Program-made: the position numbers and the translations under genes | Source of the DNA: Stegostoma tigrinum | Lineage: Eukaryota | Assembly: GCF_030684315.1 (NCBI RefSeq) | Contig: NC_081385.1 | Span: forward strand, 24,395,247-24,459,246 | Direction of reading: 5' to 3' | Length of the DNA: 64,000 bases | The notes under the pieces: model-generated | The model's database searches: none | Seen by the model: only the letters and a program-made list of their open reading frames with translations | What the model was told of the DNA's origin: nothing | Part shown: positions 1 to 13,100 of the stretch, in pieces | Position numbering within the stretch: position 1 is the stretch's first letter | Layout: each line of letters starts with the position of its first letter

Positions 1-2270
1 AGTTGAATCTGCCTCCATCTCAATTCCTGGCAAGATCCTAACTACTTGCTATGTGAAAATAGATTTTTCTTACAATGCATTTGTTTCTTTTGCAAATTAC
101 CTTTGTGTGCCTAATCATTCTGGCTGCTTTTATGAGATGGAAAACAATTCTTTTCTGTTCTGTTGAACTCTTTCATGATTTTGAACCTTCTACCAAATTT
201 CTTAATCTTCCTCTCTACGAGGAAAGCAATCCCAGCTTTACCAATTTATTTTCTTAATTGAAGTTCATCATTCTTGAAGCCATGCTAATAAACCTCTCTT
301 TCACCATGTCTAATGCAATTATATCCAATGAATAGAATCCATACAGCATGGAAGCATTACCTTGAGCCAACAAGTCCACATTGATGGTCCCAACAGAATC
401 CCACCAGACCCATCTCTCTAACCCATCATTTCCTAAGGCTAATGCATCTAACCTACACATTCCTGGACACTACTGGCAATTCAGCATGGCCAATCCACCT
501 CACCTGCACACTGTTGGATTGTGGGAGGATTCCAGAGGACCCAGAGGAAATCCACACAGTCACAGGGAGAACGTGCAAAATCACAGACACAGTTTTTCAA
601 GGATGGAACGAACCTGGGTCCATAGTGCTGTGACGCAAACTCTGATGTGAAGCAACAGTGCTAACTACTGAGCCACCATACTGTTCCCCCAAAGCCTTCC
701 ATAACTTGGCACCCAAAACAGTACACCATATTCAAACTGAGGTCTAACTAGTAACTTATACAACTCCAACATCACTTCTTTTTTCCTGTACTCCTTGGCT
801 CTGTTAATAAACCTTAGGATGATTCATTTTAAGATCTGCTGTATCTGCCCTGTCATCGCCAGTAATTCATATTCCCAGGCCTCTCTGCCCCTGCACAGCC
901 TTAAGGATAATGCTTTGTATTTTATACTATATCTTCATGTTCTTTCTACCAAAATGTATTACTCACATTCCTCTGAATTGAACTTCATCTGCCACCTATC
1001 TGCCCACACACAAACCTGTGTGAAAAACTGATCTATGTTCTTGTAGTCTTACACATTACTTCTCACAGTTTATGATGCTTCCAAGCTTTGCGTCATCTGC
1101 AAACTTGGAAATTATCCCCTGCACACCATGATCTGTACGATTAATATACAATCATCTTGATAAATGTGCAATATTATGCAACATCTTAATATATATCAAG
1201 ATAAGCAAGGGTCCCAAAACTGGTAGCCTAGGAACTCCACTATAAAATTTTGTCCAGCCCCAAAAGTTTCTACTATCACTCTTTGTTTCTTGTCACTCAT
1301 CCAGTATTCTATCCATGTTTTTATTGTCATTCTTATTCCACAAGACATAACCTTTTTTCACAATTCTCTTGAACACATTTTGGAGGTCCATGTACACTAC
1401 ATCAACAGCATCACCATCAGCTCTCTCTGCTACTTCTTCAAAAATATTCCAGAAGTAAATTGTACACAATTTTCTGTTAAGAAGTGTGTGCTAGAATATA
1501 CCTAGTCATTCCAATTTTTTCCCTGTGACTATTAATTCTACCAACATAATTATTGCAAGAAATTTTCCCACCACTGTAGTTAAACCAGTAGGTCTGTAAT
1601 TGCTGGGCTTATTCTTACAACTTTTACAGACACTATTCTCCAATCTCCTGATACCACTCCTAAGGCTAAGGAGTACTGAAAGATTATTGCCTGTGTCTCT
1701 GCAATTCCTACTCTCACTTCCTTCAAAATCTTTAGATAAACTTCATCCTCCAAATGCCCTAGTAACTTTGAGCAGAGATTGCCAATCCAATATCTCCTGT
1801 TTATTAACTCTAAACCCTTCTAGCGACTGAGTTGTCCCCTTTGTATTCATGCTTTGGGAAGCATGTTCTTCCTCACTAATACAAATGTAAATATTCATTT
1901 AACAACTTTGCCATGCCCCTTCCTTCATGTGTAAATTCTGGTCCCTAATTGACTCTTCTCAACCTTTTGCCATCCTGATATTATTATTATTACTACTATA
2001 GAAGACTTTAGGATTCCTCTTCATGTTAGCTGCTAGTCTTTCTTTACAATCTCTCTTTGCTACTCTTCTTTAATTTTTCTCCTTCCCTCTGAACCTTATG
2101 TCTTCAGCTTGGTATTCAGTTGAACTTTCTACCTGACACTTGTAAGCACATCTTTTCCATCTTTATCTTAATCTCTCTATGTACTTTTCTTTTAATCTAT
2201 TAAGGTCTACATTTATTTTCCCTCCCTTTGCCTTTTCATGGAGTTTCTCTCAACTCTATCTGAGCCATGT
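1..2270 (-). mobile_element. Old CR1-type LINE ORF2 remnant (interrupted by a SINE)
   Basis: Reverse-complement RT motifs such as gtcatctgcaaac (FADD) and accagtaggtctgtaatt (NYRP); heavily decayed. Confidence 0.65.
330..678 (-). mobile_element. HE1-like tRNA-derived V-SINE
   Basis: Minus-strand head GGTGGCTCAGTAGTTAGCAC (A box) ... CCAGGTTCGTTCC (B box), V-domain core and CR1-like tail. Confidence 0.8.
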
Positions 2271-2854
2271 CTGCTAATCAACAGCAGATCTGCAAAAAAA
2301 TCTGTTCACATTATGACATTGTAATAGTTTAATTCATGGCTTAGTTAGTGAAAATTGAATAAATTAAATGTGCATTGAGAAAAGAACAGAAAACCTTATG
2401 TCTTGGTATTCACAAACTTTGCATCAGTTAAACTTCTCAAGCATTTAGTTACTTGGGAAATATGAATGGAATATTATTCCAGATCTATTATAATCAGTCA
2501 CTTTTCTTGCTGTTCAACTAGTATCGCATGAAAATGCTTTTTCTAAGCAGTCTGGACAAATATGGGAAATAGGAAGGTAATTCTTAATGCAGTGTAATCA
2601 TGATGAAGGCGACACATATGCTTCGGCATTTGATTATTAGAAGCTTAAAAAGGATGCTTATAATGTGCTTTTGCAGCTATTCAAAATTAGCAACAATTAA
2701 CAAACTATATTTCAAAGGTTTAAAGATATTGTAATAATTAACTTTTGTTTATCTGAAGCTAACTTATGTTCATTTTTTAAAGAATTACATGTATTTATGT
2801 GGGCCTTTTAAGCTTTACTGAGGAAAAGATTCCACAGATTTCTGTTTAGCCTTA

Positions 2855-3120
2855 CAGTGTCAGCTGTGTCTTAATTGGCAGAGCTCTCATTTTTGAATCA
2901 GAAAATTGTGAATTCAAGCCCTCTGCTGAGATTTCAGCACAGCAATTTAGGCTGGCATTCACTGCAGTGCTGAGGGAATGCTACACTGTTGCAAGTGTCA
3001 TTTCTTTGAGTAAGAGATAGTAGGCCAAGACTCTGTTTCCTTATCAGGTCAAAGTAAAAGATTCCACACAACAAGGGACTAATCTAAGGATTGTCATCAA
3101 TATTTAACTCCCAATCGTCA
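2855..3120 (+). mobile_element. Deu-domain SINE (SacSINE1/AmnSINE1-related)
   Basis: tRNA-like head followed by gcagtgctgagggaatgctacactgtt...caggtcaaagtaaaagattcc, resembling the Deu core. Confidence 0.65.
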
Positions 3121-4021
3121 TCACAAAATTTCATCATTTCTGAAGTCCCAACCCAAAACATCAACTTTCCTACTCCTCTGATGCTGCCTGGCCTGCCGTG
3201 TTCCTCCAGCTCTACACTGTGTAATCATTAATATGATGCTGTTTATGGAAAGCATCGGTTGACGGGTGCTGAGTGACACCAACAGCTTAGGCTCACTTCC
3301 TGTACTGGTTATGGTAACTATGAAGGTCCAATCCTTCCAAACTCATCCTTCGCCTGTGGTGCCGTGACTCTCAGGTTAAACTCACTACCAATTGTCTCTC
3401 TATCTAATGAGACAGCAGCCTTAAGGAACTATGTGATTTCATGTTGCTGCTTGTGGGAGTTTAGTTTTGGGCAAATAGGTTGCTGTGATGCCTACATCAA
3501 TGACAACACTTCAATAAACATTATCTTTGAACATTCTAAGTTGTTTTCGTTACATTTCTCACTGCTGATGTGAGGCTTTCTTTGTAATCATTGGTTGGTA
3601 CCTTGCAAAACAATTTTAGTCATGGAACATTTCAAGAAATTTCCATGATAACAGAAACCCACGATGAAGCAACAAAATATTGACATTTGAGATCTGCCTA
3701 CTCTTTAATTATTCAGAAAGAAACTCATTCAACTGACATGTGTTAATATAGCTGATTCTAAAAAATTATCGGCACGCCCTGTGTCAATGGATTTACTGTT
3801 TCACTTGCCCTAATCACCGATCCCACTCTAACTATTTCCTTCATGTAATATCATCATACACATAAGAACAGCAAGCATTTCAAAAGAATAAAAGGTTTAT
3901 ACTTTGTATGAAATATAAAGGCGTAAAGTATGATAGATCACTGATTGACGTCTGCGGACTTCTTCGCAGATCATCAGGACTGTTCTGCAGGTAAATCTAA
4001 CTTCGTACTCCACTCTGATTC

Positions 4022-4180
4022 TCAATTACAAAGGCTGCTATAAACCACATTTTAAAATTATATAATGTATTGCTCTAAGCACAACAAGCAAGAAATGCAA
4101 AAACAAAACTACTGACCTTTCCATCTTTGCAGAATTAGTGGTTTTGTCTAACCATACGTTTGAAAGAAGCAGATAAGTAA
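4022..4180 (-). CDS. Candidate terminal exons 8 (4180-4117) and 9 (4037-4022): (V/L)TYLLLSNVWLDKTTNSAKMES-SLCN*
   Basis: Acceptor tacattcag|, donor AAG|GTCAGT, 79-nt intron, acceptor tttatag|. The only open frame begins with an ITIM-like xTYLLL. Confidence 0.45.
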
Positions 4181-7100
4181 CTGAATGTATAAATGACAGC
4201 ACTTTAGTGTGTGACATCCTTTGTTACTATGCTTTGGAAACAAAGGACACTTTTTTATGTGTAATACCAAAATTTTGCACATATAGCCTCATGCGATCAA
4301 TTAAAAACAACTTTTGGATGAAAAAGTATTGTACTTGGGAACTATTTGGAATTTAATATGCCATTAAATTGTATCTTATTTGCCTAAGTAGCAATAAATT
4401 GGCTTTGGGTGTAGTTAAAGTTTATATCATTGATTCCATTACTATGGGATGCTTTTGTTAGTCAATAAATTAATATGTATTAAATTTTTTAAAATAGCCC
4501 TTTCAAATTCCAATACGTAATTCACTTTTTAAAACTATTATTTAAGTCCTTCAGGAAGCAAATATAGACCCAGAACATTAAATTGTTATCAGAGATGGTA
4601 AGGACTGCTGATGCTGGAGTCAGAGATAACACAGTGTAGAGCTTTGTTTTCTGAAGAAGGGCCCTCACCCGAAACGTCACCTTTCCTGCTCCTCTGATGC
4701 TGCCTGGCCTGCTGTGTTCCTCCAGTTCCACACTGTGTTAACACTACATTGTTATGTTTGGAGCTCTCATTTCCACTTACATTTTATCATGCATTTTTTG
4801 TGGGCTTTAGTATCACTGAATAGAAATTCATCTTGGTTTGTAGTGTAGCATTGCCCAGTGCCAGTTATTCATTCCAGCTTTTAGTATATGGTTGAAAGAT
4901 GCAATAACTTTGGTTCATCACAACTGGTCAATAGTCTTTCTAGTCTAACTCATACTCTTAAAAAAAGAACTTGCATTTTAAAAAGTGTCTATAAGATAAA
5001 TAGGTGATTCAAACTCTGCTGTTGAAACCAATAAAATGAGAGGTTTAAATGGACAACACATCAGACGTGGAGGCTGATAGAAAGAGCATTCAAAAACACA
5101 TTAATAGGAAATTAGTGCAGCTAGAAGCCCCTTGATTACAGCATTGGTTTGGTGGGTGTACAGTATCTCATCTAAGAAGAAACGACAACAGAGAAATCAT
5201 AACCAGGAGGCGGGCAATAAATGAATATTTTTTAGGGAGAAATCTGTTTCAATATTCTGTATTTCAAAATTTCAGAAATCCATTTTGGAGTTGAGGTAAT
5301 AGATCAGAAAGGATTATTTATTTTCTGTTTCACGAAATGACCACATTATCAAGAGAAACATAACACCATTTCAAAGTATTTAATATTAAGAGTAGCCTAA
5401 TGGCATTTTCACATTAATTGCTTACGGAACATAAAAGGCAATCAATAACAATTAATTATGAGTTTTATCCTAATTTATTAACTTAAAGATAGATCACACA
5501 TTTGATATTTGCGAACTAAAAAATGCAGGATGAAAAATGGTTTGAGCTGCAGTGCAAGCTGTGAATTGTAGGATGCAACCATGGCGTGTTGACAATAGAG
5601 GATGTATACATTTGAGGTTGGCAGAGTCTTGATCAAGCAGCCCACTATCTCTGGGTCACCCAGGTAAGAAGTACCTTCTTCAAGAAGAGATGGAGTTTAT
5701 GAGGGTCTAATTGTGCATCAGATCAGTATAGTGACTTCCCAGAATATTGTTGGTGGGGAGACTTGGTCAAGAGCTTGATTATCAAGGTAATGCCATTAAA
5801 TTGTTTCTTTATTGAAGATGGTTATTATTTGGCACTTGTGCCATGAATGTTGTTTGCCTCTTATCAGCACAAAGTTGAATGTCATCCATGCCTTGATCCA
5901 TGTGGGCAAGAAATAAAGAATGTACTGATTACCTGAGGAATTCTGAATGAAACTCTTTCACCATGAGTGAACAGTTTATATCTGACCTTATGTTGGAGGC
6001 AAGGTGACTTGTGAACCATTTGAAGATTGCTGGATTTAGGATTCTGGCCTGAGAGACTATGTGGTGATGTCTTGAGGCTAAGGTGCCTGGCCTCCAATCA
6101 CAGCCAGCTTGCTTTGTGTCAGGTAGCATTGCAGTCAATCCCATTGACTTCACTTTGACAGGGGTTCCCTTGTTACCACAAACAATCAAACAGTGTCTCA
6201 ATGTCAAGGACAGCTGCACTCATAAAACCTCTCAAATTCAAATCTGATATTCAAGGCAGCAAGGAGGACTAGAGCTGAATGAGCTCAGGTGGGATCCATA
6301 TGTTCAACAGCAACATACTTTTGGTGTGCAGATATTAAAGCTGAGGCATTCATGCACTATTGCATAATAGGAAATAGAAGACCCATAAAATGGAATTTAG
6401 ATTCATACAGTATCTCTTACCTGCATTATTAGACACTAAAATCTGCGTCTTTAGAAAATGCCAGCTGTCTGACATTCACAACAACTCACAACATATTCAC
6501 TACGTCTGTGGCATCACACATTTCAAACTCTCTGCTTATCAGAAGATAACTGGCAACTGGTTGAAACACCCAGTTCTAAGCTATTAGATATTTTCCGCTT
6601 TGCAATATCTACAACCACCTACTGGCCTGTACCATCAACTATTCTTGGCCTTGTTAGAAAAATCATAATTCTGCCTGCAATGCTGCATGTCTCTCAGTAG
6701 CTGCTCCAATCCTCAGTTAACTATTAAAGTACTGAATGCATGTAATTCTAGTGGAGCTAAATGCAACCATATGAAAAGTATCAGTACATAACATCTACCA
6801 GTAATAGTTAATGCCACATAATTTTCATTGGTGTTTCAATTTGAGTCATATCCAAAGATTTTAAGCAACAAATGTTTCAATATTTTCTCTAGCTCTGACC
6901 AACACTTAGATAATTTCAGTAAATGTGAGTCACAAATCATTTAATATGTTCACCAGTGAATAATATCGTTTTAACATTCTGTTGAATACACATTATGCTG
7001 GCATTTACTTATGTTAAGCTAATAAAATGGATAGAAATGAATGCAGGGGCTTTTTTTGTCAAGTTGAAATCATTTTATTCGTATTGTTCCGATTTCAGCT

Positions 7101-10100
7101 GATCATAATATTTGACAAATCAGAATAAAACCTGGCTCTAAAGCTCATTTATTTGAATTTTGTAGTTTGTGAACATGGTGATTATACACTAAAACATATA
7201 CAGACAAGGCTTCAGACATACTTTAACAACAGAACATAACTTTACCAAACAAAACAAAATGTGGAAAATAAAAGTTATGCATATATATATCAAAGACTCA
7301 GTGTTTACAGTGGAGAATGATATGGAAGCTAGGGAACTTGGGGAAATAAATAGTGATATCTTGAGAAGCGTCTATATTACAGAGGAAGAGGTGGTGAATG
7401 TCTGAAAATGCATAGAGCTAAATAAATCCCCAGGACCTGATCACGTTTTCCCCGAGAACTTTGCAGGCAGTTAAGAAAGTCATTGCTGGGACTCTTGCTA
7501 AGAAATTTGAACCTTGATAGCCACAGGTGAGGTGTTAGAAGATTGGAGGTTGGTTAAAGTGGTGCTATTATTAAAGAAAGGTGGTAAGGAAAAGCCAGGA
7601 AACCATAGACTGATGATCCTAACGTCAGTGGTGGATAAATTGTTGGACGGGACTCTGAGGGACAGGATTTACATAGAAACATAGAAGATAGGAGTAGGAG
7701 GAGGTCATTAGGGTCTTCCAGCCTGCTCTGCCATTCATCATGATCATGGCTGAATGTTCAACTCAATAACCTAATCCTGCTTTCTCCCCATAATCTTTGA
7801 TCCCATTCTAGCTGCCTCTTGAATGCATTCAATGTTTTGGCATCAATTACTTCCTGTGGTAATGAATCTCACAGGCTCACCACTCATTGCATGAAGAAAC
7901 ATCTCCTGATCTGTCTCCTGAATGGTCTATCCCAAATCCTCAGACTGTGACCCTGGTTCCAGACACAACCACCATCAGGGACATCCTGTCTGTATCTACC
8001 CTGTCTAGACCTGTTAGAATTTATAAGTCTCTATGAGATCCCCACTCATTCATCTGAACTCCAGCGAAAATAGTCCTAACCTAGTCAATCTCTCCTCTTT
8101 CGTCAGACCTGCCATCTTCGGAATCACCTTGGTAAACCTTCGCTGCGCTCCCTTTAGCAAGAGCATCCTTCCTCATAAAACGAGGCCAAAACTGCACACA
8201 ATACTCTAGATGTAACCTCACCAAGGCCCTGTATAGCTGCAACAATGCATCCCTGCTCCTGTACTCGAAATTTCTCACAATGAAAGCCAACATATCATTT
8301 GCCTTCTTTACCACCTGCTGCACCTGCATGCTGACCTTCAGTGGCACAAGGACTCCCAGGTCTGGCTACACACCCCCTCTCCAGATTAACAGCCATTCAG
8401 GTGGTAATATTCCTTCTTATTTTTCCCTCCAAAGTGATTAACCTCACATTTATCCAAGTCATACTGCATCCGCCATTGATTTGCCCATGTACTTGGACAG
8501 GCAAGGTCCACTTAGAGATAGGCAACATGGCTTTGTGCATGAGAATTCATTAACCTGGTTGAGCCTTTTGAAGAAGTGATGAAGAAGAATGATGAAGGCA
8601 GAGGGGTGGCTGTTGTCTATGTAGACTTTAGAAAGGCACTCGGCAAGGTTCCACATCGTAGACTGGTTAAGAAGGTTAGAAAACATGGAGTACAGGGAGA
8701 AGTAGCTTCTTAGATGTAAAATTGGCTCAGACGTAGGAGACAAAGGGTGGTGGTGGAATGTTTCTTTTCGGACTAGAAACCTGTGACCAGCAGTGTGCAG
8801 CAAGAATTAGCTCTGGGTATACTGCCTACTGTCATTTATATAAATGATTTGAATGTGAATTTAGGAGGAATGGTAAGTAAGTTTGAGATGGCACCAAAAT
8901 TGGTGGTGTGGTAGATAGCGAAGAGGTACAACAGGACCTTGAAGAGATGAGCAAATGAGCCAATGAGTGGCAGATGGAGTTTTATTTAGATAAATGTGAA
9001 ATGCTGCATTTTGGGAAGGCAAATCATGGCACTTAATGGTAGGATTCTGGGAAGTGTTACTGAACAAAGAGACTTTGGGATGCCGGTGCATAGCTCCTTG
9101 AAAGTGGAGTCACAGGTAGACAGGGTAGTGAAGAAGACATTTGGTATGCTTGCTCTCACTGGTCAGAGAGTATAAGAGTTGAGGGGTCAGCTTTCAGCTG
9201 TTACAGGACATTGGTTAGGCCACTTTTGGAAAACTGCATTCAATTCTGGTATCCCTGTTACAGGAAAGCTGCTGTGAAACTTGAAAGGGTTCAGAAAAGA
9301 TTGGCAAGGTTGTTGGGTAGGAGGATTTGAGCTATAGGGAAAGGCAGAACAGGCTGCCTCCATTTTCCCTGGAGCATCAAAGACTGAGGGGTGACCTTAT
9401 AGAAAATTATGAAATTATGACAGGCATGGATATGGTGAATAGCCAAGGTCTTTTCCCAAGGGTGTGGGAGTCCAAAACTGGAGGGTATAGATTTAAGGTG
9501 AGAGGGGAAAGATTTAGAAGGGGCGTAAGGGACTGTTTTTCTCGTGCAGGGGGTGGTGCATCTGTAGAATGAGCAATCAAGGATGTGGTACATTTGCAAA
9601 GTGTAAAAGGCATCTGAATGGATGTATGAATAGTAAGGGTTTGGAAGGATATGGGCCAAATGCAAGTGAGACTAGACTAACTTAGAATACCTGGTCAGCA
9701 TGGATGAGTTGGGCTGAAGGGTCTGTTTCCATGCTGTGCATGTCTATGACTCTCTGACAGAAAGATCATAACATAGACAACAAAGTTTCAACCTGTTTAC
9801 AATGACATTTGTAACAGAGACTTAATACCAGATAAATATCACTCTTTTCTTAACATTTTACATTTTAAACAGCTGATTCTTTTCAATTTGTTTCTCTTGA
9901 ACTGGTAAGTCCTTTCTTTTAATGATTCCTTTCTAAATCTACTCACAAACTTCTCAATGTTTCAAACTCTTTCATTTCTAACACATAGCAGATCTCTATC
10001 TCTATTCCACAACTTCAAAGTTCCATAGATTAGGAACCACTTCTGCTGAAGTAACTGGTTTCCCTCAAATGAACTGAAAAGCTGTTCTCCTTCCAGGAGG

Positions 10101-13100
10101 GAATAAAAAATGTTCTCTTCTAAACTGAATTCTGATTTCTTCTGAACTAAACTTGCAACCTTCAGTTCTGAAAACAAAACTAAACTAACTGTCTTAATGT
10201 TCTTCCTCTGAAAGTTATAAATCCAACAATGTAAAAAATTATCCATTAACAACTATAGGGTTTATAACTGCAATGCAATCACATTCTTTCTTGGAACTGA
10301 AGTATTTATATCACAGCTCCAACTTGACTTTGTGACCTTTATGAGAAAGAAAATCAACCTGCCTCTATTTTAAAATCCAAATTCCAAAAACATAATAGAA
10401 TATATTTAATAACCTTTTTATCACTTAATTAACATAGTCTTTTGCTCACCTATTAGTGGCAATGCTTTCCATCTGCCAATCACTTAGTTGAGATACTGAT
10501 GTCTGCAGACAAATGCTCAATGCATTAGTCTGACATTTCTGTCTATTGTTTTCATGCTGGCATTATACTATCTGATGTACAAAAGGTTAATGCGCTCATT
10601 AAAGTGGGTCATGAAGGAATACTGTATAGATGTGCTAACTGTTTAACTACCAATTAAATTGAGGTTTCATAGGTGCAATCGTGTCATTTTGGACATCTTT
10701 TATATTCAGAAAGTCATGACTTAAATTTTGCAAAGGTCTGAAAAGAGAATGAGAAATATCAAGAAATGGTGGTCAGATGACATCACTCTTTGGTTACAAA
10801 AGTTTGTAAATTCTAGGAGACCAGAAACACAGAGGGAGGTAAGACATTCCACGCTTCTGAGGTTTTGAAGTGGTAGGTTTTGATTTTGATACACTATCAA
10901 TACTGAGAACAGGAAGTGTATGTAGGACAGTGTATTGGGATCTTGAACTAGACAGGAAAATTGATAACAAATAAAAAAGAATAATCATAAAATGTGAAGT
11001 TAAATTATTTCTGATGTACAACAATAAAATGTTCCAGCTGCACGACAGTAATTTCAACTTTAATTGCACTGCAATGCACTGTCCTTCAGGTATAAGAGCA
11101 GAAATTGCTTTGACAACTCAGCAAGCCTGGAAGCATTTGTGGAAAAAGAGTTAATGTTTCACATGCAAAGACACTTTTTAAGATTCCAAACAGGACTCTT
11201 TGAAATTGAACATTAACTCTGTTTTTCTCTCTGCAGATGCTGTTAGACCTGTTCAGATGTTTTTTATTTCAATTTTCCAGCATTTCCAGTATTTATTTGA
11301 CTATCCTTTAGAAATCTGTTTCAAGGGGCCTGGTTAACTCCTGCATGTAATTTGATCCCAAATTTTGCTTCTAGTTATTTATCAACAACTGAAATATGTG
11401 TAATATTAATTACAGCTTTAATTTCATATTCACAAAGTGCACGGAATGTTTTCACCCTCCAGTCATCCTACACAATTGTCTTGATCGATGTCTTTACAAT
11501 ATTGTCAAAGCCTTTCATTCTACTTTTGCAGATTCCCTCTGCATACTGATATATGAGCCGTTGTTTCGCTATGTTTCTTTCATGTTCAGTTTCCATGTAG
11601 TAACACTTCTGGTTGAATATTAGAGAATATAAAATATCAACATCCTGGTGCTTACCATTGTTCTGGAACTGAACTGGATTAACCATACAAGTACTGCGGA
11701 CACATGAGCACCTCAGAGGCTAGGAATCCTGCAGCAAATAAATCACCTCCTGACTCCCTAAAGCCTGTACACTACTTACAAAGCACAAGTCAGGAGTATG
11801 ATGGGGTACTTGCCTGGAATGAGTGCAGCTCTCTCACACAAGAAACTTGACGTGATCCTGGACAAAGCAGCCCTCTTGATCAGCACCACACAGAAACATC
11901 CACCCCCTTCACCGCGATGCTCAGTAGCAGCACTGTGTACCATCTACCTCAATATTACGAGCAGAATTCAGCATCTTCTAGACTCAAGGCCACTACCATG
12001 AGAAATACAAGGGCAGCAAATACAGAGGAAAATAAGCAGCACCTGCAGATTCCCCTTCAAGCCACTCACAATCCTTCTTTATTTTTCTAGTTTATTCCTA
12101 CGACCTATAATGCTAGACTTCATTTTGCTTATTTTATTTTGTTTCCTAAGAATTTGATTTTAAATATTTGCACTAGTTAACTTTGTCCCTGGGATTGTGC
12201 TACAATGCAACGACTGTAAACTTTTCACTGTACTCACTTGAATACGTTACGATAAAGCTAATTTGATTCAATTCAATTCACTTAGAAATATATTGCTGTG
12301 TTGCTGGGTCAAAATCCTGGCACTCCCTCCATAATGGCATTGTGGATCTACCTACATCTAATGAACTGCAGTGGTATGAGAAGGCAGTTGCTATCATTTT
12401 CTCAAGGGTAGCTAGTGCAAGGTAATAAATGCTGACCCAGCCAGCAATGCTCTTATCCCATGAATCAATTTTGAAAGTCATTGAAGTAAAAGAAAGTTGA
12501 AGTATGGTCAGATTCACCTCTTGCACCAGAGTCCAGCCATGAATGCAAAACAATTAGTAAGTAATAGAAAATGTTGCTTATGTAATATTTGCAAAAAATC
12601 ATGTGGTGTTTCTGGTTTTATTTATTACCTAATTTTCTGGCTTAGCAAATGATCACTCAGGTTTCAAAAGCCATAACACGTGATGAAATTCAAAGGACTA
12701 GGTTTTCAGCTCACTGGCAAGCATTTCTGATGTGGTGAAAATGATAGAAGTAGCCCTACATCACACGTACTGCACCCAAATCTGATACTTCGCATCCCTC
12801 CAGGCGGCATAATGGGCTCAGTTCAATCATCACACTTATGCAGATTCTGGAAGCAGCTGGGCATTTAAATAACCAGCTGCCTACATTGATAAGAGGCTTT
12901 TAGCGCAGCGAAATGTAGGACCCATAGTGTAGAGACTGACCATGTAAGAGTAGGTCTGTTCTCAGTGCATTTCCTTCAGATAGCCAAGATCCCCCATTGG
13001 AGAATTGAAATGCACCTTATGGTTATGGACTATCGATATCTTGGGTGTGGAGTCAGGGATCCTTTGGTCATGATGGGAGTTGTCAGTGTGCTTTGGAACT

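Noticed and set aside
6421-6470. Possible additional cytoplasmic exon ending at a strong donor CAG|GTAAGA (minus strand)
   Set aside because: The acceptor is weak and there is no paralog or motif support; left out of the model.
7165-10425. Possible solo LTR split by the CR1 (similar stretches near 24550-24870 and 45020-45950)
   Set aside because: No paired LTR, PBS/PPT or convincing TSD could be established by eye.
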